From contig JBHGNT010000005.1 in assembly GCA_043228905.1 (NCBI GenBank), positions 23,932,001 to 23,996,000 on the forward strand: 64,000 nucleotides of DNA. Reading direction: 5' to 3'. The stretch is from Azolla caroliniana. Its lineage: Eukaryota > Plantae > Polypodiophyta. The translations under genes and the position numbers were made by a program. Of the stretch, positions 40,303-53,512 are shown in pieces (the first letter of the stretch is position 1; each line of letters starts with the position of its first letter). The notes beneath the pieces are model-generated. The model was not told the DNA's origin, searched no databases, and saw only the letters and a program-made list of their open reading frames with translations.

Positions 40303-41475
40303 TTATTTTCTAGTTTTCCAATTTTCTGTACCAAAGAATTCTTCCATCAAACCCTTGGTGGAAATGAGCTTGTCAACATCATCTTGATTTGTGAGAGCAG
40401 ATGGAGAATTCCAGACCTCTTTTGCACACCCCTCAGCAACAACATGATTTGTTGTTTGCTCCCATGCTAGCACTTCCAATGACTTAATCATTCGACTTGA
40501 ATCTCCTCCTCCAGAGGACACCTTTGTCATTGTCTTCAATTGTTCATGAATAGAATCATCTTTAGAAGAAGGTTCCACACATATTTTCTCATGTCCAGGT
40601 ATATCCACCATAAATAAACCATCAAAATTATCTCGAATCTTTTTGTTGCTATCCTCTTTCCTAAATGAAGCAATGACACCATTCTCTTCCTCATGCCATT
40701 GGATGGCATCATCGACCTGAGATTCTACTTGAGATTCATTGTCCTCTTCATCAGAGTCCAGCAGATTATTATCACTATCCTTCTCATCATTGTCTAGGAC
40801 CATCTCATCATCATCACTATCAATATTATCTGGGATGACTCTATTTTGAATACCCCTCCTCCGCAGCATAAACACATTGAAGTAATAGCTCACAAGGTCT
40901 GCCATACATTTTGACGGAAAAATATCTTGCAACTTACACCAAAAAGACAAAGGGCTCCTTCGAACAGCATCATGGAAAGCTAGTTCCTCTTCATCAGTCC
41001 AGTGTTCTGTCACAATCTCTCCCATCTCATCAAAACCCCAAAGAAAAAATGCATCACCCAACTCATCTTTTAGAAGCTTCCTTTTCTCTTCAATGTGCAA
41101 TCTTACACATTCAAGTGTACCCTGAATGCTACAAGCACATAACACATGATGATATTTCAGTTCTTCACCAAAGGTATTGACTTCATCTTCTTTTTGTGGT
41201 TGTGGCCATATACACTGCTCAATCCATCTGAGGTCACACGCTTTATCATCAAAGTCCTCCCTTTTTCCATTAGGAATGATTACATTAGGCAGCTCAGCTT
41301 GATAATCTGATCCTACTGGAACTGCTTTCCGGACAGGAACAGAAGAAACCTGTCCATCACTGTTAAACTCCTCAAAGGAGCTTCTTATTATATGATACAG
41401 TGAACCAGGTACATCATACTCAGGTACAATGTGATCCGGTGGACATTGTGGACACAAAAGACCCTGACTGCCCAT
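40303..41475 (-). CDS. ELM2/SANT-like domain protein (ARID1/2 C-terminal-like family), ~390 aa; start codon uncertain
   Basis: VPVGSDYQAELP (ELM2), C.C...GTLECVRLHIEEKR..LK.ELG.AF..WGFDEMGE, WT.EEE..F, LVSYYFNVFMLRRR..QNR..P.NIDSDDDE. First ATG after acceptor TTGCAG| at ~41518 is at 41475; upstream spliced exons are possible. Confidence 0.85.
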   Translation of the reverse strand: MGSQGLLCPQCPPDHIVPEYDVPGSLYHIIRSSFEEFNSDGQVSSVPVRKAVPVGSDYQAELPNVIIPNGKREDFDDKACDLRWIEQCIWPQPQKEDEVNTFGEELKYHHVLCACSIQGTLECVRLHIEEKRKLLKDELGDAFFLWGFDEMGEIVTEHWTDEEELAFHDAVRRSPLSFWCKLQDIFPSKCMADLVSYYFNVFMLRRRGIQNRVIPDNIDSDDDEMVLDNDEKDSDNNLLDSDEEDNESQVESQVDDAIQWHEEENGVIASFRKEDSNKKIRDNFDGLFMVDIPGHEKICVEPSSKDDSIHEQLKTMTKVSSGGGDSSRMIKSLEVLAWEQTTNHVVAEGCAKEVWNSPSALTNQDDVDKLISTKGLMEEFFGTENWKTRK

Positions 41476-43609
41476 TTTAACCACATACCCTAAGAATTTG
41501 TATGTGGAACCTTTTTCCTGCAAAGTTACATCTGATAAATAAGCATATTGAATAATAGTTTACTTCAAAGTTTCACATTTATATGTGGATTTTTCATTTA
41601 TGATGTTATGTTTTTGGTAATTTCTCTTTTGCTTATTGTTGGTTTGCTTTCTTCCATTTCTTTCAAGGAAAATGGATCCATTATGAAAATCAGTGACAGA
41701 ATCTGGTGGATATGTTCTCGTCTAACTCTACAGATTTTCTTCTGTTTTCTGGTATTTCGCTATGCTTCCACGAGTTTTGATAGTTTACATATATCCTATA
41801 GTCAACGGGGAAGATGCAGGATTGAGATACAGAGAACATATAATGACATAAAAACATATCTCCTCATTCAATTAGGGCACAATATTATGAGCATTAGAAG
41901 AAAAATTGTAAATTTACTTCATATTTTGATTAGAGTTCTAATTTCCCTAATGTTCTTGAAACATTCTGAAGGACTTTTCAACATCAAGTCTTTTAAATCT
42001 CCACAAAGACAATTCAAATGGCTGTAATCCTTTTGGTTTTCTTTCAAGTGATGAACTGTAATTTCTCTATTCTCTGCCTCCTTGTTTCCCTGTTTCTCTA
42101 TTGATGGCTTGTGGGGAAAAACTAATAACAAAATGAGTTCTTATATTATTAATTGCACTGAACTCATTTTAATAAAGCTTCTAACAAGACAATGGGGTCA
42201 TAGAATCACATAAAGTTAGACCTTAAAACAGAGCAATATGCTCAAGCAATCATTAATGATTTCCTACATACAACTTGAATGGGAATTTTCTTCTATTTTG
42301 CACACATTGTTCTTCATAATTTTTATTGAAGGAAAATATCTCATTGCAACATGCATATTTGTGTTGGTCCTTTAACCCTAAAGACATTCAAATATGTCTT
42401 CCAAGTCTCACTGCAATATTCTTTCATCCTATAACCAAAATTTGGTATATACTACAACATGTGAATCAACCAATTACTGAAAGCATTCATTCATCTTTAT
42501 GCAAAGAATTTTTATAACATGCCATCCCAATCAGTTCCCTAACTTGAGAAAGCATGTTTGTCTGTTTACAGCACGTTATACTTCATATGCGTTTCAATTT
42601 TCCTATTCTCTCTCTAGAAATACACATAAATTTTACACCCTTAGAATCTCACTAGAAAATGAATTCTATAAGCTTCAATTCAGACACGAATGATAAAAAT
42701 CTGAACTAAGAACAACGAACTCTTACATTCTTTCAGCAAAAGGACTTCTTACAGAGAAGTTAGGTCAATAAATGACCATGCCAGGAAAACTATATTTGGG
42801 ATATTTATCACCAAATGATTATGTTTGTATTTGTTGTTTAATTCAGCTAGTTTTACAATGTAACAGCAAATCCTAGCAATATTCACCCAAACAATGCCAC
42901 ACATTGTTTAGATATCAGTCACTAGCCCAAATTTCTATAAATGCAAGGGTTGCATATAAATTCTTCCAACCCATCTATACTAAAACCCCATTTAATTAAA
43001 TAAAGCCATTACGGTCTATTGTTTTCCTCCCCTTTTATTAACCAATCGATTTGGAGGGGAAAAATAACAAAACAAAAAAAAAGGTCCAAAAAACAAAGAC
43101 CAATTCAACGCAGAGATAACGACAAGAAAGAAACGCTGAGAATCAGAAACCCTAACGCGGGGGGGGGAACAAAAAAACAGAGGCAAACAAGAAAGAAAGA
43201 AAGAAAGAAAAGGAATAGGAAAAGAAAACGCGGGGGAAGACGAAGATCTCACCTTGGCATGGATATAATCAATCAATCACCGATCGAAGACGAAGGCAGA
43301 AAAGAAGGATGGAACGGCAGAGGTTTGCAGAGAGAATCGAAGGACGAAACACCTGGTGATGTGGCTTGTCTGTCTGTCTCTCTCTCTATCTCTCTCTCTC
43401 TCATCAGCCCATGGTGGCCCCACATTAACATGGACAGGAAATGGGCCTCAATCCATGAACTTAATATGTATATATATGTATGTACATACATATGTACATA
43501 TATACATACATGATACATATATCATCAATACAAGTCTTTCTTTCTGTCTTCTTGGAGCATTTCTCCGACTTATCCCTCCTCCTCTGGGCTCTCCTTGTAC
43601 CACTTAACT

Positions 43610-44900
43610 CTCTCTCATATGTTGTCCGTCCACATGCGACACACATATCATATTCGGCATCTTTACCAATCTTCATCGAAGGCAACCACTGCCATCCATC
43701 ATCACCCGTTACCACTATCACCGCTGTCGGCGAGCCTTCATTCTGGACGCGAAATATATATACGGTACGATGCCCTTTGTCTTGTCTCGCTTCACCCGTC
43801 GTCTTTCATATGTTGGGAGCTAAACTTCACTCTCCGATGGTGTCCCACGTGCGATTGACTTATCATTCAGCATCAAAAATGTTGATCGCCATCAAAGACA
43901 CCATCATCACCATCAATGACACTATCATCGTTGCATATGCTTCATATCAGACGCAAAATAGAAGTAAGATGTCCTTTGTCTTGTCTAAATTTGTTCGTCG
44001 TTTTTCGTATGTGAGAGCAAAACTTCGCTCGCAGATGTTGTCCACATGCGACAGACATATCATTCGGCATCAGAAACGTCACCGTCCTCGAAGACATTAT
44101 CATCATCATCGTTGACACTTCATTCTGGATGTGAAATTTATGCATGATCTATTGGTTGGCTTGTCTTGCTTCATCCCTAATCTTTCATATGTGGGAGCTA
44201 AACGTCGCTCACCGAGGTTGTCCACATACGACAATCAATGTATCATTCGGCATCAGAACCATTACCATTGTCATCGAAGACACTTTCATCATTGTTGATG
44301 CTTCATTTTGGATGTGAAATATATGCACGATGTCCTTGGGCGTGTCTCTCTTTGTCCATTGTCTTTTGGCATCAGAACCATTACCATCGTCATCGAAGAC
44401 ACTTTCATCATTGTCGATGCTTCATTTTGGATGTGAAATATATGCATGATGTCCTTGGGCGTGTCTCGCTTTGTCCGTTGTCTTTCGTTTGCAAGAGCTA
44501 AACTTCGCTCACAGATGTTGTCCACATGCAACAAACGTATCATTCAGCATCAGAAACTTTACCACCATCATCATCATTGTTGACACTATCATTGTAACTG
44601 TCGACACTTCATTCTAGGCGCCAAATATAAGTAAGATGTCCTTTGGCTTGTCTCGCTTCTTCCCTCATCTTTCATATGTGGGAGCTAAACTTTGCTCGCA
44701 GATGTTTTCCACATGTGATAGACATATCATTCGCTATCAGAAATGTTACCATCATCATCGAAGACTCTATCATCATCACCGTTGACACTATCACCGCCGC
44801 TAACGCAAGTCATTTTGGACACAAAATATAAGTACAATGTCCTTGAGCTTGTCTCACTTCGTCCGTCGTCTTTCGTATGTGGCCCGAGCTAAACTTCATA
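43610..44900. repeat. Degenerate tandem array of ~7 units of ~170-200 bp
   Basis: GAGCTAAACTTCGCTC..AGATGTTGTCCACATGCGA...TATCATTCGGCATCAGAA...ATCGAAGACA...TTCATTYTGGA recurs near 43817, 44016, 44196, 44495, 44681, 44886. Confidence 0.88.
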
Positions 44901-45799
44901 CAAGTGGTGGAGTAACATTTTTCCTAAATACCCCTTCCTTATTTGCCAACATCCATAAAAAATCATTCAAACACCCGATCACAAATACATGAAAACTAGA
45001 ATCACATATAATTGTAACACATCTTCACAAAGTATAAAAAAATGCTAAAGACATTTTTCTAGCATGTACTCGTAAGTATATATATATAAACATTAATAGA
45101 AACATAATACTCGTGTATATATAAACATATACGTATTTGAACAAATATACACATCAACTTCCACACACACATTTACATTTCTATATGCACACACACACAC
45201 ATTCAAATATATATACACTCTACATTTCAATGTACATTCCTCTTGCACATTAACATACACTCTTACACATAAGCATGTACATGCACATAAATAGGTCATA
45301 TACATAAGTATACTTATATGCTAAGGGATATAGAAACTTGCACATATATACCTATACTCAAACTTGTACCTACACATGCACATAGTCCCATTGTCAAAGT
45401 CTATAAAATCATCCGAAGGAAATTGAGACCAACTTCAACTGACATGGATGAGAGTCTCGAATTCATCAAATCGAGCCAAACATATCTTCCCTAGTTCATG
45501 TTCTTAGTAGTCCCGCTCACATTTCACACGCAAATAACCTTAGCGAAGCAATGGTTTCCACACCCTTATTTGCTCATTGTTCCTACTTGTTAGAACTCAA
45601 TATGTCATACTCGTATCACAATTTTGTGAGAAAACCAATGCCTAGGAGGACATGGCTATGTTCCTCTTCATATGGAATGTTTACTACCTATCACAATACA
45701 TCAACACCACCAATGCTAAAATCTTGAAGAGAACAAAGTTTGGTCTCCACATAGATCATGACCACGTCGCCAATTGATATCACCAAGGACCATTACTTC

Positions 45800-47980
45800 A
45801 TTTTCTTTTTTCTTTTCTTTTACAAGAAAAGATACTACATTAGTATTAAGAACGCCCTGAAGTTGTACATGTAATATGTAGATATAGGTAATTACCCCCG
45901 TGTTAAGATCTAACTATCAACTTAAATAAATAGTTCGGTGTAGAGTAAAACCACTCCACCTTGTCAAAAATCCGCCTATAAATATTCATTTATTCCATAG
46001 GGCATGAAACTCCAATCATGATAGCTCTGCATGTTGTGTATTGCCTTTTATTTTATCTAGAGAACCTCTGAGGTTATGCACAATATCTATCCAAATCCAA
46101 GTAATTATTTGAATAGGTCTTTCTGTCACATTTTGGAATACCTTCAAATATCTAGCCTTCCAAATATACCAAATTGTGATACTTCTTACGAATTGTCATA
46201 TTTATAGCTTACTAGTCCTTATTTGTGGATTCAAGGGTATAATGGTTTTTTGTGTCAAACAATGTGTCATAAAACGAACATCTACAACATCCTCACATAG
46301 GTTGAGCTTGTACAACCGCCCCAATGTATACCCCACTGGAGGATATATTAGTATTAATAATGTTAAGATTTTTTCCCATATTTCCATTGCCAAATCCCAA
46401 CTCCACAAACCATGCTTAGCCATGTCCACTAGATTCATACAATTAGGACACATACTGTTTGCATTCAACCCTTTTCTCCACCCATTAACTAATACAACTT
46501 TGTGAATCAACAATCATCTAAAACTGAATTTTTCCTGCTCATTTTTATGCCCAACAACCATTCTCAAATTTTCTTGAGTTGTGAAGAAAGTTCATTCCAT
46601 CTTCAAAAAACATTTGCATGTGGTTCCCTCCATGACCTAGCACTATTAATAGTTTCCTACCAATCTTCACAGAATACTGGAAAAAAGGCACATGCTTTAC
46701 CTTATCATGAAACAATACTTTCCAATAAAGTTCTTTAGGATCCCAAGTTAACCTAGATATTGGTCTCCTTCATAATCCAAAACCTCCATGAAAGATTCAC
46801 TTTTTGTTGATCCATATCTAAGGACTAGTTTGATCTATCATTTGCTACCACCCTCACTTTTTTTTGTAAACAAAAACAAAAAAAATCAATTTCCATGTGT
46901 GTGTAATGTAACCTACCATTATCATGTTCATCAAACGTCATAAAAGTTTCTTCCCCAATATTATCACCAACGTTCTTTGATATGTTGATGAGGACAATAA
47001 TGTGTCTGAGCACCTATAGATTATGTTGGTCCCCAGTCTAATTATGCCCATGCACATCGTGTATGCCCTCCAAGCATATGTCCCCTATGGTCAATGAAAA
47101 TTGAATTCCAAATCAAGGGTTGTCTACAAAATTCAACTTTTGTTTTTGGAGGTCATTTAACTAAATCGAGAGAGACATCCTTCCATGAATTAATAACAGA
47201 TTGAGCAAATTTATCTTCCCATTTTGTAGAAATAGCAATCTTGATGTATTCCACAATATTCCATCTAATATTGGGCTTCCAATCTCCACTAGTTTTGGGT
47301 CAAAACCTTTGCAATTTCTACATCAACATTTTTTCCCATGGTTCTAGTCCTAGTAACAATCCACTAATCACCAAATTATTCACAAGCAAAGCTTTTGACT
47401 ATTGTAATGGATCAACAATCCCTTGATCCGATGTTTTAACAATTGTGGACCAAGAAACCTCTACCCTTGCATGACTTCCTTCATTGCCAACTCACAAATA
47501 ATTCCTAATCAATCTCTATGTTATCCCATACATGATCTAGAAAAACTCCATCATGACATACTATATCAAAGACTAGATAGAAGAACTTGGTTAAATACTA
47601 CCATTATGATCACAAATGATAGTTTGGCTTTACTCCAAAACAACAATTTTTCCATATTGCCAATAACAAAGGAGCAACTTGAATACTAAAATATTCAAGC
47701 CTATGTCGCACCCCAAATATTTTATTGTGGGTATGAACAAGTACCATATGACCACTCTGCACCTTATACACATCTATGCACATTGTATGACATGTTCCCT
47801 TGGCAACTCTTCATCCAAGAGTTATACAAATACTTCTATACAATATGCTAACTTTCCCAAGAATCCCTTCAATCTAGAGTTTCTATACAACTCAAGCATT
47901 TGTTTCACCACCTCCCAACATGATTGGGAAAAATCGATCTGAAAGTTATCCATAAGTCATATATAGTGAGCTCCTATGCA
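45800..47980 (-). mobile_element. Old, degenerate LINE (ORF2 RT C-terminus, zf-RVT remnant and 3' end)
   Basis: T-rich tail at ~45800-45820. Remnant peptides such as CPNC..LVDMAKH.LW...A..IW, IWYIWKAR, ARVEVSWSTI, IKYLG. The 3' end matches 6660-6890. Confidence 0.7.
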
Positions 47981-48149
47981 CACATATTGGTCTAGTGAAC
48001 TTCACCAACACCACCCTTGACACCATGATGGAACACATCCTAGACCTTGACCATCATCCATAATCCAATATCTTCACTTGTAGGGCCTAGCCCAAATCTC
48101 GCCCACTATCTAGGTCCTCTAGTTTCAACAAGTAGTTTAATGTACCATA

Positions 48150-48806
48150 TGTTGATATATATATATATATATATAGCCGGCCACAACCGGTCAACACACA
48201 CAAATGAGGAACACAAAGATCAAGACAACAAGAAACAAAAAGTGCTGACACACAAGATCTTATAACATGGAAACCCTAAACGGGGAAAACCACGGGAGTC
48301 CCCAAACTCCAAAACAAATCACTATGGTAAGAGGAATACACAAGAAACTCTATGGCAACAACCTTAAGCTCCTCTTCGTCTAGCAACTGTTACAGAGTCA
48401 CAACTCTCACTCTCTCTCTCCTACTCGCTCTCGTTACACACTCTGATACACTAGTTACAAAATGCACACACAACTAATTAAATGATTTGTCGTAGGTGTA
48501 TTTATACTAATACACACTATGGGCTATTTTCAAATATGACCCAATCGGCTTTGGCCGATTCGGCTATTAGTTGAGCCGCTTATTGATCGATTGTCGGTTA
48601 ATCGAATTTTCAGCCTCGGCTTATCTCACCAGTTGGTGCTAAATTGACTCCTGACGATCCGACTCCTTGTGCAATATCTAAATTTCGAATCTGACAAGCT
48701 GACTATCATCTAGCTCTTCAGTCGATTGGTTTCATCCTGATCCAACTAGTTCTCCATCCTATACAACTTGTCTTCTTCCCACCCAGAGGCACTAGTTTTC
48801 CCAACA
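48150..48806 (-). mobile_element. Putative solo LTR (copia-like, 657 bp)
   Basis: TGTTG...CAACA termini. Contains ACATGGAAACCCTAAACGGGGAAAACCACGGG, typical of a reverse-oriented copia U5, and a minus-strand TATAAATA at ~48499-48506. No clean 5-bp TSD. Confidence 0.6.
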
Positions 48807-50086
48807 TATTCTCCTTGGGTGCGGGCCATTCTTCAGTATACCCTTTACCAACAATTGTGTATTATGTGCAGCTCCAATCAACATTTGACCAACTTAGAAC
48901 TATGAATACAACGTGCAAGATTCCACGATGGTCTCCATCCACCATATAGAGGCCAAACCCATGCCACAATATGAACGCGCAACCCACCTCACATAGGATG
49001 GGCACTTCTTGCACCAATGAAATTTGCTTCGGGGTCAATTTTCACAATAGTTACTAAGTTTTATAGGCATCTTGGCTTCCACGGAGTTGCCTTTATCTTA
49101 GCTACTCTTATAGCACTCATGTGAAGATGTGCTTATGAAGAAAAGCACAATAGTGTGAAAATGTGAGTGAGCACACCTTATTGTAATCCATGTGAACTAT
49201 CTCGTTACACAAAGAACTAGATTGTGATATCTAGTTAGTTGATAATTGTAAATGTAAATGTTAGTTATGGTTATTTTCTTTGATTCCTTCTCTTGCTCAC
49301 ACCCCCACTCTCACACATGGACTACGCTTCCGCATACACCAACTCTATGAGAATTAGATTCTTTATAAATGGCATTGGACTTTTTCATTCTTGAATGTCA
49401 TCTTTGGCATGCAAGAGGCAAGATACCAATGTTCCCTTAGTTACTTTGATTATTTGCTGGAAAAACATGAAAAAATTACGCTATGAATTGGCCGAGTTGT
49501 TAAACATTGTGCCCATCCGCTTACTTATGGGCTAGGGAGTAAGAAGATACCGAAAAGAGAGAGCATAACAATTTGGAGGAAGAAGATACAAAAAGGAGAG
49601 AGCCTCTAGTTCTTTGACATGGGATTTGATTGTGATCAATGGGGCAAGGGAGTGTTTGTGAGAGTGAGGTAGATCCATAATGGTTATGAGCTAGGGGAAA
49701 GGTCTTGTTGAGTTAGGTTTCTTGTAGGATCCCTCCTCGAGAAGTGTTATATAAAATAGTTTTGCGATGATTCGTGTCTAGTGTCATAGTTAGGTAGTTC
49801 ATAAACCAGAGCTTTGGATTTCATTGAATCATAATATAGTCATAGAGAGGTCAAGATAAACGAGAACTTAGAATAACGAGTCTCTCGTGACCCAAACTCG
49901 AGTGTGATTGGCGCACAATATTCCAAGCCACCTTCCATATCTTCTCAACGCACAGAGCTAGCGAGATAAGGTTGTGTTTGCACTCAGGGAGGACAACTCT
50001 TATGGGGCAGCATTTTAAGGGGAACTCTAATCAATATGGCACATCATATTGTGAATTTGTGACTAGCATGCTTGGTTTGTTTGCTT

Positions 50087-50204
50087 GTCACGTGACATAT
50101 TAGGGTTTAGGGTTTCTCAACAAACCCTAAAATGTTAACACAAAACGTTAACATGTCACGTGACAAGCCTTAATATGTCTCACGTGACAAGATGACACGT
50201 GGCC
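50087..50204 (+). promoter_or_regulatory. Cluster of four CACGTG (G-box/ABRE) sites plus telo-boxes upstream of the QOR-like gene
   Basis: GTCACGTGAC (~50087, ~50155), CTCACGTGAC (~50179), ACACGTGGC (~50195), and TAGGGTTTAGGGTTT / AAACCCTAA at 50101-50130. Confidence 0.6.
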
Positions 50205-50307
50205 AACATGCGCAGCTACAGGTTGTCGAGAATCTAAGGAGAGAACATGAGCAGCTCCTCCAGGTGTGGAAAAAGAAACTGAGGGATGTGGTGATGATGG
50301 TGCAAGA

Positions 50308-52291
50308 ATGGTGAAGGCTGCAATTGTATGTTGGTCTGTACCAGACCAAGGGATCTCTGCAGTTTCCACTAGTAGCAGGAGAAGAGCCAGAGAAGAAGAA
50401 GAAGAAGAAGATGAAGAAGAAGAAAGTGAGGATCATGTGGTGATCAGGTTGGAGGAGATTAGGTTAGAGCAACCAATAAGCCATGATTCTGTGGAGGTCC
50501 TCCACACCTTCATCCTCTGCACTGACCTAGACCTCTGCTTCTGCACTCCCCTCCATCATCATCATCATCATCATCATCATGTCCCAAGCACCAACATGAG
50601 CCCTGGGTCTGCACCCTCATCACACCATATCCATCCTTTTCATGGACCACACAATCTCCTTCTTCCTCATCATGATGATATCTACACATCCATCCCAGGG
50701 TTTAGTGCAGTCGGAGTCATCACGGAGCTCGGGTCCGGTGTCCTCGCCCATCATGTCGGCCAACGTGTCGCGTACTGCACCTTCCCGATCAATCTCGGTT
50801 CGTCCAGCACTCGCCACATCCATGGGCCCGGCCATGTGGTAGGGCCATCGCATGAAAGATCAAGGGCTAACATTCTATCGGAGATGGGATCCGATGCGGA
50901 GGACATAGCAACACTTCTTCATGACTCAGCCGAGCCGGGGCCATCGGACCCCCTGACATCTGAAGGTGTGGACCTACACAAGCCCGCATCGCTCGGGCCC
51001 AATGATGACCGGGACCTCAGTATAATGGCATTGCGAGAGACACACGATGATGTCTCGTATACCACTTCTGTCAATGTTGACAAGACCCTATACAACCATG
51101 GATATGGCGCGGCGCTTGAGCCGCTCGAGTTGTCGGATATGTATCGTGGTTTCTTACCCCAAGCCATGGAAGGCTATAATGTCTCAGCACTTCCGTTCCC
51201 TCGTGTTGCCCAATATTATTGCTCTGTGCCCCCCTCATCCGCACCCATTGGAGCTCATTGTGAAGCGAGAATTGTCCCCGTAGATCGCCTTATCCCTCTT
51301 CCCGATGATATCGATGACCGTACCGTGGCAACTATCTTGTTTCCGGGATTGATAGCAAGCACACTCGTCTACGAGGGGAAAAAGCGATGGATGCAACAAT
51401 CGTCGTGTCTACACATCGAGCGTGACATTATCATGAAGGTCTTGGTATATCCAGCTGTGGGTGTATTGGGCTCATTAGTATGTCAGTTGGCAGTCCATTT
51501 GGGAGCATTTGTGATAGGGGCAATCCCTAAGGGCGCGGTATCATCGGACCAAGAATGGAGTCATCAAATTGTGTTCACGGATTCTGTCGACTTCTCGAGT
51601 AAGACAAATTTGTGTTCGAGGTTGATCATTTATACTAATTGTCTCCACATCCCATAGCATTTAAATTTGAGTCTAATTCTATAGAGAAAATGTTGGAATT
51701 GTAAATGAGATCATATGTCCCAACTTATTCCGATCCATATAATGGTTATATTCTAGGCAATGTTCAAGCACAATTTGGAGGAAACGTGTCGATTGTTTAT
51801 GATCTTACCGGAAAGGGTCCACTTGAAAGTTGCATAGATTGCCTTGAGCTTGGAGGTATATACATTAGCATGGAGAGGTTGATGGGAACTCTTCACAATG
51901 AAGATCATCATAGTCGAATTACTGACGAGCGACAACTTCCCGGAGAAAAGACATTGATCAAGATCCACCATGCTGATTATGTGAGAAATGAGAAGGATCT
52001 TATTCAAAGTGCATGCGAGCTCATTGAACTTTACAGACAAAAACAACTAAAATGCCCTGTCGTCAATGAGGTAAGCCAGCTTATGTTATGAACTTCTTAT
52101 TGCATGTCATTGAATGAGGTTAATTAAATCTAATTATTTTCTTATCATTTACAATCATTTTGTAGTACTCGTTGGAGTTGGCTATACAAGCTCACAAAGA
52201 TGTACTTTCTCAAGTACAACTTGGTGGCCTTGGGGTTTGTCTTTTGAAGCCACCCGCACAAGATCCGAAAAACATTCCCGACCTCTCTTAA
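50308..52291 (+). CDS. Divergent quinone oxidoreductase / zeta-crystallin-like MDR protein with poly-Glu, poly-His and ~140-aa insertions (~576 aa, 3 exons)
   Basis: Exons 50308-51598, 51757-52070, 52166-52291 splice in frame. Collinear with plant QOR: MVKA; IPGFSAVGVITELGSGV...VGQRVAY; GAHCEARIVPVDRLIPLPDDID; VLVYPAVGVLGSLVCQLAVHLGAFVIG; VSIVYDLTGK; YSLELAIQAHKD. Confidence 0.8.
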
Positions 52292-53092
52292 TATCAAAAT
52301 TCCTTCTAAGGCATTCACATGCAATGATAAATGCAATCCAAGTTATTAAAGTTAAACCATGCATTGTTTTACTAGTTTTAGAACATTTATCAATCCTTTG
52401 TGATTTAAAAATACTCACACATTGGAGCCTTTGTTTGTTGGTGTTTCTATGAACTATTTCAAATTTGATTGACGTTTATAGAAATTGTGTTTCTTAATCA
52501 ATCATGCATCATAACATAAGCATTTACTATTTTCATGTAGGTCATGTAGGAGGTTTACGTCTTTAAATGATGTTTCTCTGATTCAAGCTCCACTTGAACC
52601 CACATGTGATTCAAGGAGCATCATGCTTATACTTCAACAAGATATTGCAATATTGCAAATAGTATTTCCATATTATGATGTTTTTCCTTCCGACTAGTGT
52701 GGCCCAAATATTAGGTGCTGGGAGTTCAATTTTAGAAGTAACCACGTTGAGCATGCTAACAACCTTCATGGCTTTGGAAGTTACCACACTTCTTTTCTCA
52801 CATTTGCGTCATAATAAACATTTTATCATGAGTGGATTCTTTAATAACAATTACTCAACATCAACCATGATAGATTTTAGCATGATTATAAACTACCATT
52901 TCTTTTATGTAATGATAGTGATGCTTAAAACATTGGACAGTCCTCCTGGATGGGTTTTTCTCGCAACAAGAGGAAATCATTCCAATAATTTGAGATCATC
53001 GCAAGTATGTAACACTTTTCACAAGGTGACTTGTCAATCGATCATAATTTATAGGTAAATTTAGATAAGACACCTCAAAAACTTCTCCCAAC

Positions 53093-53512
53093 AATGACAT
53101 TATGATACCTCTTGTAACTGACATCTGATTGCTTTCCATTTTAGCCTAGATTACTACTCCATTGATATACGAACTACTTGATTGAATAACATAAAACTCC
53201 TCTCTCAATCACTTGTGGGTACTTAAAAAAACTGTGGGAACTTTCAGGCTAATAAAGTTAACTACCCCTCTCAACTGCTACATATGGAAAGCTCTCCACA
53301 AAAACAAAACCTTAATGACATTATGATACCTCTTGTAACTGACTTCTGATTGCTTTCCATTTTAGCCTAGATTACTACTCCATTGATATACGAACTACTT
53401 GATTGAATAACATAAAACTCCTCTCTCAATCACTTGTGGGTACTTAAAAAAACTGTGGGAACTTTCAGGCTAATAATTAATGTTAACTACCCCTCTCAAC
53501 TGTTACATATGG
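53093..53512. repeat. Tandem duplication, ~221-bp unit x2
   Basis: AATGACATTATGATACCTCTTG... at 53093 and 53314. Confidence 0.9.

Noticed and set aside
43610-44900. CRISPR-like repeat-spacer array
   Set aside because: Eukaryotic context; the whole units are homologous with no unique spacers, and there are no cas genes.
51685-51756. Upstream acceptor at 51684 for QOR-like exon 2 (would imply a premature TAA and a pseudogene)
   Set aside because: The acceptor at 51756 gives an open frame and a better alignment (DFSSNVQAQFGGNVSIVYD) to QOR.
11622-52291. Functional oxidative-stress gene cluster (PDX1, PUB, 2-Cys Prx, MEKK1-like, QOR)
   Set aside because: The genes act in unrelated pathways and compartments and no shared regulatory signature is visible; the neighbourhood is probably coincidental without synteny or co-expression data.
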